Assembly: GCA_963823445.1 (NCBI GenBank)
Contig: CAWGLT010000004.1
Span: 270,084 to 334,083 of the forward strand
Source: an uncultured Acidobacteriota bacterium
GTDB taxonomy: Bacteria > Acidobacteriota > Thermoanaerobaculia > Thermoanaerobaculales > Sulfomarinibacteraceae
Direction: 5' to 3'
Length of the DNA stretch: 64,000 nt
Shown: positions 47,029 to 55,480 of the stretch, piece by piece
How positions within the stretch are numbered: the stretch's first letter is position 1
How the letters are laid out: the number at the start of each line of letters is the position of its first letter
Position numbers and translations under genes: made by a program
The notes under the pieces: generated by a model
Seen by the model: only the letters and a program-made list of their open reading frames with translations
Database searches by the model: none
Told to the model about the DNA's origin: nothing

Positions 47029-47627
47029 GGTGCTCCCTCCATCAGCCGGCGCAGCGTCCGGATACCGCGCCGATATCGGCTGGCCGCGGTGAAGGTCGGG
47101 ACTCCCACGACATCGCCGATGGCGGCGAAGGTGAGGTCAGCGAAGAGATGCAGATACACGGCGTCTCGCTGAGCCGGTGGGAGGTCGAGAAGGAGCCGGG
47201 TCGCCACCGATTGGTCCATGGATCTTTCGGGGCCTATTGAAAACACCGAGAAGAGGGTCGTATCGTCCAGCGCCGAGGCGCGACGGACCTTTCGACGTCG
47301 AGTGAGGTCAACGGCGATGCGGTGGGTGACCGCGAGCAGCCACGAGCGGGGATCTCTGACTCCCGGCAGATCCCGGCGGCGCTCGGCCACCCGGACAAAC
47401 ACGTCCTGTACCACGTCGCGGGCATCCTCGATAGAGGCTGTCCGCCATAGGGCGAGACCATAGAGCGAGCGTGCGGAGAGCTCGTAGATTCGGTCGAGGG
47501 CGGCCTCATCGCCGGTGGCGATTCTCGAGAAGAGCTCGAGCCACTCCTTTCGGGGCAGGTCATCAAAGCCCCGAGAGGGCAGGTTCCCGTCGCCTGAATG
47601 GGGCCGACCGTGGTCCACTGATCTCAT
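47025..47627 (-). CDS. ECF-type RNA polymerase sigma-70 factor
   Basis: 200-aa ORF. Region 2 is DARDVVQDVFVRV and region 4 is AVYLHLFADLTFAAIGDVVGVPTFTAASRYRRG. Confidence 0.85.
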   Translation of the reverse strand: MRSVDHGRPHSGDGNLPSRGFDDLPRKEWLELFSRIATGDEAALDRIYELSARSLYGLALWRTASIEDARDVVQDVFVRVAERRRDLPGVRDPRSWLLAVTHRIAVDLTRRRKVRRASALDDTTLFSVFSIGPERSMDQSVATRLLLDLPPAQRDAVYLHLFADLTFAAIGDVVGVPTFTAASRYRRGIRTLRRLMEGAP

Positions 47628-47638
47628 GCTAGTCCGAG

Positions 47639-47666
47639 AGACGCACGAGGAACCGATAGTTGTTCA
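47639..47666 (-). promoter_or_regulatory. Candidate ECF-type promoter (TGAAC-N18-CGTCT)
   Basis: The minus strand reads tTGAACaactatcggttcctcgtgCGTCTct and ends 12 nt upstream of ATG 47627. It resembles GGAAC/CGTC ECF autoregulatory promoters. Pattern match only. Confidence 0.3.
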
Positions 47667-47682
47667 ATTTTTTTGGTGATCT

Positions 47683-47758
47683 TGGCGCGTCGGAAGGGAT
47701 TCGAACCCCCGACCGTCGGATCCGAAGTCCGATGCTCTATCCACTGAGCTACCGACGC
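47683..47758 (-). tRNA. tRNA-Arg (anticodon UCG), CCA encoded
   Basis: The reverse complement GCGTCGGTAGCTCAGTGGATAGAGCATCGGACTTCGGATCCGACGGTCGGGGGTTCGAATCCCTTCCGACGCGCCA folds by hand into a cloverleaf. It has a 7-bp acceptor, a GCTC/GAGC D stem, a TCGGA/TCCGA anticodon stem, a CTTCGGA loop and a TTCGAAT T-loop. Confidence 0.85.
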
Positions 47759-47887
47759 GTCGGGTCCAGGATACCGCGCCGGCGCGCCGGGTGCACCCGT
47801 AAAAGTGAAAATCCGACCACGGCCGACCGCAAGCGGCCCGCTGATGGTGTGGTTGACCCGGACGCGAGACCGGTTTAGGTTCGATTG

Positions 47888-48307
47888 ATGCCGGCTGCCG
47901 GTCCACCTGTGGAAACGACGATCGTGGTCGCCGCCGTGATCCGTGATGCGACGGGTAAGATCCTGCTCACCAGGCGCCCCGATGGTTCGCACATGGGTGG
48001 GCTCTGGGAGTTTCCCGGCGGCAAGGTCGAGGCCGGAGAGGCGCCCATCGCCGCCCTCGAGCGGGAGCTCGACGAGGAGCTCGCGATCGCGGTGAAGATC
48101 GGATCGCCCTTGACCTTTGCGATTCACGAGGAACCGGGGATGCGGATCGTGCTGCTGTTTTTTGCCGCGACCCTCGGTAACGCCCGACCGAAGCCCTTGG
48201 AAGATCAGCAGATCGCCTGGGTGGCGCCAGGGGATCTTCCCTCCTATCCGACGCCTCCGGCCGATGCCGAGCTCATCAGGATCCTGTCTCGCCACGTCAC
48301 GCCTTGA
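47888..48307 (+). CDS. mutT: NUDIX hydrolase (MutT / 8-oxo-dGTP diphosphatase-like)
   Basis: ORF 47885..48307. ATG 47888. Has the Nudix box GGKVEAGEAPIAALERELDEELAI. Confidence 0.8.
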   Translation: MPAAGPPVETTIVVAAVIRDATGKILLTRRPDGSHMGGLWEFPGGKVEAGEAPIAALERELDEELAIAVKIGSPLTFAIHEEPGMRIVLLFFAATLGNARPKPLEDQQIAWVAPGDLPSYPTPPADAELIRILSRHVTP

Positions 48308-48395
48308 CCGGCGATGGGTTCGAGACCTAAGTTGGAATCCGGTGGTTTGCGGCGGTCGAAGCAATCCGCGTTCACCGAGGAGGGGAGGGAGCGGC

Positions 48396-49211
48396 ATGGA
48401 AGCCAACACACGTCATCCAGCGGTTGCCGGCGTCTTCTATCCGAAACAGCGTGATCACCTGGAAAGCTCGCTCTACGCCCTGGTCCCGGAGCAAACCGCC
48501 CGCCACGAACTCCTCGCCTGCATCTCACCCCATGCGGGGTATGTCTACTCCGGAAGCGTCGCCGGTCGTCTCTTCGCCCATCTGACGATCCCCAAACGGG
48601 TCATCATTCTCGGTCCGAATCATACCGGCATCGGCGAGAAGATTTCGGTCGCCCCGCATACGGGCTGGGAAACCCCACTGGGTGAGCAGGCGGTGGACAC
48701 CGATTTTGCCCGGCGCCTCGTCGATCGTCATCCCGCCGCCGGGTTCGACGAGCGCGCCCACTCGCGAGAGCACTCCATCGAGGTCCAGTTACCGTTTCTC
48801 ATGCGGCGCCGACCCGATCTCCTGGTCGTGCCGGTGGTCGTCATGCATCTGAGCCTGGATGAGTGTCTGGAATTCGGGACTGTGATCGCCAACCTCATTT
48901 CCGGACTCGACGAGCCGGTGGGAATTGTCGCCTCGTCCGACATGTCGCACTTTCAGCCCGACGAGATCGCGCGCCCCCTCGACCACCTCGCCATCGACGC
49001 CGCGTTGGAGCGGGATCCAGCCGGGTTGTACGAAACCGTCCACAGGGAGCGGATCAGCATGTGCGGGGTCATCCCGGCGACGGTGGCCTTGGCTGCGGCC
49101 AACGAACTCGGCGCGGTGGACGCCCACCTCGTCGCCTACGCCACCTCGGGCGACGTCAGCGGCGACTATTCTTCGGTGGTCGGTTATGCGGGGGTGTGTA
49201 TTCACCGGTGA
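48396..49211 (+). CDS. amrB: AmmeMemoRadiSam system protein B (MEMO1 family)
   Basis: The 3' part of ORF 48117..49211. ATG 48396 is preceded by GGAGGGGAGGGAG. Has AGVFYP, SPHAGYVYSG, GPNHTG and EHSIEVQLPFL motifs. Confidence 0.85.
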   Translation: MEANTRHPAVAGVFYPKQRDHLESSLYALVPEQTARHELLACISPHAGYVYSGSVAGRLFAHLTIPKRVIILGPNHTGIGEKISVAPHTGWETPLGEQAVDTDFARRLVDRHPAAGFDERAHSREHSIEVQLPFLMRRRPDLLVVPVVVMHLSLDECLEFGTVIANLISGLDEPVGIVASSDMSHFQPDEIARPLDHLAIDAALERDPAGLYETVHRERISMCGVIPATVALAAANELGAVDAHLVAYATSGDVSGDYSSVVGYAGVCIHR

Positions 49212-49246
49212 CGGGGGGCAAGAGAGCTCGGTATTCGGGCTCCTCG

Positions 49247-49840
49247 GCTCCGGCCTTCCGGACCGCCTTCGGCGGCCCGGCGTCGCCCCATCGGCGGGTT
49301 AGCGTAGGTGGTGAATTGGAAGATTGCGACCCCGCCGATGGGACGCCGGCGGCCTGCTTCGTGGCCGGGAGAACCAGGATGAAGCGCGCCTTCCGGGGGA
49401 GCGCCGATGCGGATTGGGTCCATCGCCCACGAGACGTGGGCGCTCCAAAGGGCGCTGCGATGCTTGTAGCGCCGGCGTCCCGCCGGCGATGGTGGTGTAC
49501 CGACGCGGGTTGGTTTTATCGCCCACGGATACGGAAACGGCCGCTGTCCCGGTCGCTGCCGTTGTTCCGGACCATGCCCTCAGCACCGGCCTTCTGGGCC
49601 GCTGTGACGCTTTGGCGTCCCGGCGGCCCAGCGTCGCACCATCGGCGTGGTCGCGCGGAGGTTGCGGGGAGGGCTGCGACCCCGCCGATGGCACGCCGGC
49701 GGCCTGCCTCGTAGCCGGAGCAGCAGACCGCATCGCGCTCCCCGGGGGAGCCCGGTAGCGCCATTGTGCGAAACGCGTTACGGTGCGGGATGGCGGTTCC
49801 GGCACAATGGCGTACCCGGCACCCCGTTGGGGCGGGGTTT
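49247..49840. repeat. Repeat modules R - REP-pair module - R - hairpin cassette (H copy 1)
   Basis: R at 49247-49400, REP-pair module at 49401-49584 (REPs 49420-49447 and 49465-49492), R at 49585-49745, H at 49743-49830. The order and sequence parallel 25363-25985. Confidence 0.75.
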
Positions 49841-49873
49841 TCCGCTCGCCAGGGGCAGCATCGGGTTGGTGAA

Positions 49874-50227
49874 TCAACGTCTTGGGTTGAGCAACCTCCA
49901 TGTGATGGCTCGCACTTCGTCGAAGAGGTGGAGTGAGGACTTGGTGCCTGACGTATTGACGGCGCCGACGGCAACAAGGAGGCGAAGGTGGGTGTCGACC
50001 TCTTTGGCTGATGCGTACGCGATGCGCCAGTGGTGGATACGATCTCTGCCGGATCGTCCGTGGCCTTCTGAGAGGTTTGCTGGAACCGAGGAAGCTGAGC
50101 GGACCACTTGATCCGCGATCGACTTGAGCGGGGCGGGGACTCGCTTCACGAGCGAGATTGCCGCGGCCGCTGCAACGATCGCCTTCTCGGTGGCGATGAG
50201 GTTGTTCTTCGGGAGCGCGTTGTTCAT
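49874..50227 (-). CDS. Four-helix bundle protein (23S rRNA intervening-sequence protein / Avd-like family)
   Basis: The last 117 codons of the 628-aa ORF 49874..51760. ATG 50227 is preceded by GGAGGTGA. SASSVPANLSEGHGRSGRDRIHHWRIAYASAKEVDTHL matches the NI.EG..R....E...FL.IA.GS..E pattern of the family. Confidence 0.8.
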   Translation of the reverse strand: MNNALPKNNLIATEKAIVAAAAAISLVKRVPAPLKSIADQVVRSASSVPANLSEGHGRSGRDRIHHWRIAYASAKEVDTHLRLLVAVGAVNTSGTKSSLHLFDEVRAITWRLLNPRR

Positions 50228-50377
50228 GGTCACCTCCGGGTCGTTCATGCATTTCCCCCAGTCGATGGAATCTCCGGGGTCAAGGGGTCGCCCTCCGAGG
50301 GCGATGCATTTCACCCCTTGACCCCGGAGATTCCATCGACTACACGTCCATCCCTGAACGACCCGGAGGTGACCATG
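50225..50377. repeat. Nested perfect inverted repeats overlapping the RBS and start of the four-helix-bundle gene
   Basis: Outer 23-bp arms are 50225-50247 and 50355-50377 (catggtcacctccgggtcgttca / tgaacgacccggaggtgaccatg). Inner 27-bp arms are 50261-50287 and 50314-50340. The central small hairpin is tcgccctc/gagggcga. Confidence 0.85.
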
Positions 50378-50405
50378 GACATCGGGTTCAGGAGGGCGCA
50401 TCGAT

Positions 50406-50558
50406 CGCTGATCGCCGTCGCTGATCGCCGTCGCTGATCGCCGTCGCTGATCGCCGTCGCTGATCGCCGTCGCTGATCGCCGTCGCTGATCGCCGTCGCT
50501 GATCGCCGTCGCTGATCGCCGTCGCTGATCGCCGTCGCTGATCGCCGTCGCTGATCGC
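50406..50558. repeat. Perfect 13-bp tandem repeat, 11 full units plus a 10-nt partial (cgctgatcgccgt)
   Basis: Counted directly. Units start at 50406 + 13k for k = 0..10. Each unit contains GATC. Confidence 0.95.
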
Positions 50559-50634
50559 TGTTGACTGCCGCTGAGTCCTGTAGCTGTCCCTGCCGCTGAG
50601 ACCTGACGTTGTTCCGGTTGCTTTCCCTCGTCCC

Positions 50635-51600
50635 CGGCCTTCTGGGCCGCTGTGACGCGGTGGCGTCCCAGCGGCCCAGCGGCGCACCATCGGCGTGGTC
50701 GCTCGTGGGAAGCGGGGAGGGCTGCGACCCCGCCGATGGGACGCCGGCGGCCTCCTTCGTGGCCGGAGCAGAAGACCGCAACGCGCCTGCTAAGCGGCCT
50801 GCGGCCGCCGCGACCAGACCTCACGAGCGGACGACCGCAGGCAAACGAGGCCCTGCCGTCGTGTGCCACGGTCGTGCGCCGCTCCCGAGGCCAGGTTCCT
50901 CGGGGGAGCCCGGTACGGCATTGTGCAGGGCGCACCGCGCGCCGGAGGGTCGATCCGGCACAATGCCGGACCCGGCACCCCGAGGGACGTTTCTTTTCCT
51001 CCGACCCGGGACAGCATCTGCCGCTGCCGCGGTCGCTGCCCCGGACGCGGGCGCTGTTACCGGTTCTCACGGCACCGGCCTTCCGGACCGCCTTCGGCGG
51101 CCCGGCGTCGCCCCATCGGCGGGGTCGCGTGGGTGGTGAAATTGGATGATTGCGACCCCGCCGATGGGACGCCGGCGGCCTCCTTAGTGGCCGGGACAGA
51201 AGACCGAATCGTTCTTCCCGGGGGAGCCCGGTACGGCATTGTGCAGGGCGCACCGCGCGCCGGAGGGTCGATCCGGCACAATGCCGGACCCGGCACCCCG
51301 AGGGACGTTTCTTTTCCTCCGACCCGGGACAGCATCTGCCGCTGCCGCGGTCGCTGCCGCTGCCGCTGCCGCTGCAGCTGCAGCTGCCCCCGACAGGCTG
51401 GAAGCCTGTCGCTACACAGCGGCCGTTCTTGATTGTGTAGCGACAGCCATCCTGGCTGTCGTCGGCGACGTGCCCGAACGCGGTACCCTGCCGCTGCCCC
51501 TGCCGCTGCCGCGGTCGCTGCCCCTGCCGCTGCCGCGGTCGCTGCCCCTGCCGCTGCCGCGGCCGCAGCCCCTGCCGCTGCCGCCGTCTCTGATCCAAAC
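50635..51600. repeat. Repeat modules: R, a 140-nt perfect direct repeat (x2, each containing hairpin cassette H), an inverted REP pair, and 6/12-nt GC microsatellites
   Basis: R at 50635-50790 and 51075-51218. The 140-nt repeat is identical at 50891-51030 and 51219-51358. REP pair at 51391-51416(-)/51436-51461(+). ctgccg-type arrays at 51359-51385 and 51490-51600. Confidence 0.8.
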
Positions 51601-51680
51601 GCTGCCGAAGCTTCGTGTTTGCCCCCTGCGACCAACTGTGGTGGAATCGGCCCGTGCCCTTGACGGGCAAGGAGGCGTTC

Positions 51681-52795
51681 ATGGATATCGGGTTGGTCAA
51701 AGACAGACGGCCGTTCGAGCACCGCATCGGCCTCACTCCGGGCGCGGTTCGGGTCCTCACCGAGCACGGTCACCGGATCTGGGTCGAGGACGGGGCCGGG
51801 GTCGAGGCGGGCTTTCCCAACGAGGCCTATGAAAACGTCGGGGCCACGGTTGCCTACTCCGAGGATGACGTGCTGCTCCGCTCGGAGCTCATCGTTCGGG
51901 TGTCACCGCCGAAGCCGGCCGATTACGGCCGATTCCAGCGCGATCAGATCGTGGTTTCGAGCTGGCACCTCGCGCTGGCGCCGGCGGATGCCTTCGCCGT
52001 TCTCCTCGAGAACAACGTGACCACCGTCGGGTACGAGATCATCGAAGAGGACGACGGCCACGCGCCGGTGCTCGAGGCCATGTCCGAGATCGCCGGACGC
52101 CTGGCGGTGATCATGGGTTCGGGTCTCCTGCTCAACGAATTCGGCGGCAAGGGACTGCTTGATCTGTGGGTCGCCGGGTATCCCACCGGCTTCCATGGTG
52201 ATCCTCGGCGCCGGGACGCTCGGCCGCGCCGCCGCCCGATACGCCCAGGGCATCGGCGCCCACGTCGTGGTCCTCGACCGCGATGTCAACGCCATGCGAC
52301 GTCTTCAGGATCACGTCGGTTATGACGTTCCCACCATGATCGCGACCCGACCGCACATCGAGAAGGCGCTGGCGTTCGCGGATCTCTTCCTCTGTGCGGT
52401 GGCGGTCCACGGCGAGCGGACACCGATTCTGGTGACCCGGGACATGCTCAAGAACATGAAACCGCGGTCGCTCATCATGGATCTCTCCATCGATCAGGGT
52501 GGGTGCTGCGAGACCTCGCGGCCGACCGATTTCTCGAGCCCGACCTATGTCGTCGACGACATCATCCACTTCTGTGTTCCCAACCTGCCGTCATCGGCGT
52601 CCCGCGCCTCGACCCGTGCCCTGACGAACTCGATGCTGCCCTATATCGAGGAGATCGCCGATCGGGGATTCGACGGAGGCGATCCGGTCCAACAGTGCGA
52701 TCCACCGCGGGACGTACACCTACAACGGCCAATGCGTTCGCCGGAGGCTCGCGGAAGACCTGGAGCGCCCTATCTCGATGTCGACGGCAGGGTGA
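51681..52795 (+). pseudogene. ald: Alanine dehydrogenase with two +1 frame disruptions (about 52161 and 52678). Either a real pseudogene or sequence error.
   Basis: ATG 51681 follows AAGGAGG. Frame 0 reads MDIGLVKDRRPFEHRIGLTPG...GGKGLL. Frame 1 reads ICGSPGIPPASMVILGAGTLG...ALTNSMLPYIEEIADRGF. Frame 2 reads IRSNSAIHRGTYTYNGQCVRRRLAEDLERPIS*. The joined product is colinear with Ald proteins (for example M. tuberculosis ...CRSNPALAKGLSTHEGAL...). Confidence 0.75.
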
Positions 52796-52805
52796 GGAGT
52801 CCGTC

Positions 52806-54108
52806 ATGAAATGGGTCGACATCTATCGCCATCGTACGACCACCGCCGCAGAGGCGGTCAAGGACATCAGATCCGGCGACCGGGTCTGGATCCATCCCGG
52901 GTGCAACACGCCGGTCCAGCTCATCGACGCCATGGTCGATCGCGCCCCCGAACTCGAAAACGTCGAGGTGGTCCACATTCTCACCCTGGCGGCGGCGCCC
53001 TATGTCGCCCCGGGGATGGAGCCGCACTTTCGCCACCGGGCGCTCTTCACCGGCGCCAACGTCCGTCAGGCGGTCGACGACGGCCGTGCCGATTTTGTCC
53101 CCATCCACCTCCACGAAGTGCCGTCGCTCATCACCGGCGGACTGATGCCCGTCGATGTGGCGCTGGTCCATCTGTCGCCGCCCGACGAGCACGGTTTCTG
53201 CTCGTTCGGCGTCGGTGTCGACGCCACGAAGGCAGCGGTCGAGAATGCGCGATCGGTGATCGCCCTGGTCAACCAGCAGATGCCGCGCGCGCTCGGCGAC
53301 TCCTTTGTCCATGTCTCCAAACTCACCCGCGTGGTCGAGGTGGACACGCCGATCCTCGAACACCCCATGGCGCCGGAGGTCTCGGAAGTGGCGCGGATGA
53401 TCGGCGAGAACATCGCGTCGCTCATCCCCGACGGCGCGACCCTGCAGATGGGGATCGGCGAAATCCCGGACGCGGTGCTCGATTTCCTCGACGGACAAGC
53501 AGCACCTCGGAGTCCACACCGAGATGTTCTCCGACGGGTCTGGTGGATCTCTTCGAGGCCGGGGTCGTGACCAACGAGAAGAAGACCCTCCACCGCGGCA
53601 AGATCGTGACCTCGTTCGTGATCGGAACCCGCCGCGCCTTCGATTTCGTCGACAACAACCCGTTTATGGAGTTCCACCCCAACGAGTACGTCAACGATCC
53701 GTTCATCGTCGCCCAGAACGACAAGATGGTCGCCATCAACTCGGCGATCTCGGTGGATCTGACGGGGCAGGTCTGCGCCGACTCCATCGGCACCCGGGTC
53801 TACTCGGGTTTCGGCGGCCAGCTCGACTTCGTCCGCGGCGCGGCGAGGGCCAAGGGCGGGGTGCCCATCATCGCGCTTGCCGTCGACCGCCCAGGGGGGC
53901 AGGGTGTCACGCCTGATCAACACCCTGCTCGCAGGGTTCTGGGGTGGTCACCACCCGTGCGGATGTGCACTACGTCGTCACCGAGTACGGCATCGCCAAC
54001 CTCTGGGGCCGAAGTCTGCGCGACCGGGCGAGGAGCCTGATCGACATCGCTCATCCCGACTTCAGGGAGGAGCTCGAACGCGCGGCCGGCGAGCGGAATC
54101 TCCTCTGA
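52806..54108 (+). pseudogene. Acetyl-CoA hydrolase/transferase family (4-hydroxybutyrate CoA-transferase-like) with four +1 frame disruptions (about 53495, 53538, 53878 and 53936)
   Basis: ATG 52806 follows GAGGAG. The pieces MKWVDIYRH...IPDAVLDFLDG / KQHLGVHTEMFSDG / LVDLFEAGVVTNEKK...GGVPIIAL / PSTAQGGRVSRLINTLLAG / SGVVTTRADVHYVVTEYGIANLWGRSLRDRARSLIDIAHPDFREEL join into a colinear family member. Confidence 0.75.
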
Positions 54109-54136
54109 TCATCGCCCTCGATCAAGGTGGTGGCCG

Positions 54137-55477
54137 GTGAGCAATGACGAGATGATCACCTCGGCGGCGCGCCGGTTCCTCAAGCTCGGCGGGTCTGGCG
54201 GGCAGGGTCGGCGCGTCGGTGGTGACGAACCAGGCCCTCGATGTGGTGCGCTCGGGTCCGAACCGAAAACATCCGTCAGACCGAGAATCTGGTCAAGAAC
54301 GCGCTGCGGATCGTCGAGACCCTGGGTGAGCTCAAGGGCGCGGCCATGAAGGTCGGTCAGATGCTGAGCCTGCACGAGGGCCTGCTCCCGCCCGAGGTCG
54401 CGGAGGTTCTGCGCGGTGTTGCAGAAGGAGGCGCCGCGGGTCCCCGCCGAGGTCATGGAGTTCGAGGTCAGGGGAGGGCTGCCCGATTTCGACGAGCTCT
54501 TCGAGACCTTCGACTTCGAGGCCTTCGCCGCAGCCTCCATCGGCCAGGTCCATCGCGGACGGCTTCGCGATGGTCGAGAGGTGGCGGTCAAGGTCCAGTA
54601 CCCTCTCATCGACGAGATCGTCAAGGCCGATCTGAAGAACCTCAAGACCATCTTCAAGCGACTGGTTGCGCTCTTCACCGACGCCGACATCGAGCCGCTC
54701 TGGGCCGAGCTCAGCGACGGGCTGCTCGCCGAGATCGACTATCTCCACGAAGCCGAGAACATCCGGCGCATGACCGAGCTCCACCGCAATGTGCCCGAGA
54801 TCGTCATCCCCCGGGTCGTCGACGAGGCCACTGCGCGGAACGTGCTGACCATGGAGTTCGTCGAGGGTATCGCGCCGGTCGATGCGTGTTCGCAGCCGAT
54901 ACCCGACCGAGCTCAGGGATCGTTGGGGAGTGGTCCTTTCCGAGTTTCAGATGCGGGGCATCATCGAACACCGTTTCGTCCACGCCGATCCGAACATGGC
55001 CAATTTCGCCTTCCTCGATGACGGGCGGGTGGTGGTCTACGATTTCGGCTGCGTCAAGGAGGTCCCGGTCGATCTCGCCCGCGCCTACGCCGATGCTTTT
55101 ACGGCCGTGATCGATGACCGGGTCGGCCGATCTGCCGGCCATCTTCGCCGGGATCGGGTTGCTCATGCGAGACGGAAGTCCGCTGGACGTCGATGCTGAT
55201 CGAGCCGTACATCGCGCTCATCAGCGAGGTCTTCCGAGCGAGTCCGCCGTACACCTTCGGCGAGGACAACCAGGAGATCTACAGCGAGATCATCCGGCTC
55301 GGGTTTCAGGACTGGGAACAGAAGTTCGACTTGGAGTTCCCCGAGGACGTGATCTTCATCAACCGTTCACTCAGCGGCCACTTCGGCAATCTCTCGCGGC
55401 TGAGGGCCACCGGGCCTTGGCGGGATCTCGTGCTCAAGTACGCAACGGCCTCAACCGTCGCTGGGGATACACTCTAA
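54137..55477 (+). pseudogene. ABC1/UbiB family atypical kinase with six +1 frame disruptions (about 54193, 54266, 54415, 54895, 55121 and 55191)
   Basis: The pieces ...RFLKLGG / LAGRVGASVVTNQALDVV / ..QTENLVKNALRIVETLGELKGAAMKVGQMLSL.. / LQKEAPRVP...AAASIGQVHRGRLRDGREVAVKVQYP... / YPTELRDRWG..HADPNMANF..YDFG.. / ADLPAIFAGIG.. / MLIEPYIALISEVF... occur in successive frames. Confidence 0.7.
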
Positions 55478-55480
55478 GAT

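Noticed and set aside
47683-47758. tRNA-Arg as an integration site of a genomic island.
   Set aside because: I found no integrase and no direct repeat of the tRNA 3' end in the flanks. The neighbouring genes are ordinary (an ECF module and mutT).
49743-49830. Integron attC-like site interpretation of the variable-loop hairpin cassettes.
   Set aside because: The stems lack the RYYYAAC/GTTRRRY core sites. There is no intI gene and no cassette ORFs between copies.
49874-50227. Diversity-generating retroelement (DGR), suggested by the Avd-like four-helix bundle gene.
   Set aside because: I found no reverse transcriptase ORF, no TR/VR pair with adenine-specific differences and no target gene in the window. 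The family also occurs widely as stand-alone genes.
50406-50558. CRISPR array hypothesis for the tandem arrays at 50406-50558, 26116-26187 and 44105-44430.
   Set aside because: The units are 12-13 nt and directly abutting, with no unique spacers. No cas genes are in the window. These are micro- or minisatellites, not CRISPR.
49874-51760. 628-aa ORF on the minus strand spanning the repeat island.
   Set aside because: Only the last 117 codons (49874..50227), which have their own strong RBS, look like a protein (four-helix bundle family). The upstream 500 codons are translations of REP, R, VNTR and microsatellite repeats, for example the SATAISDGDQRRR periodicity produced by the 13-bp repeat.
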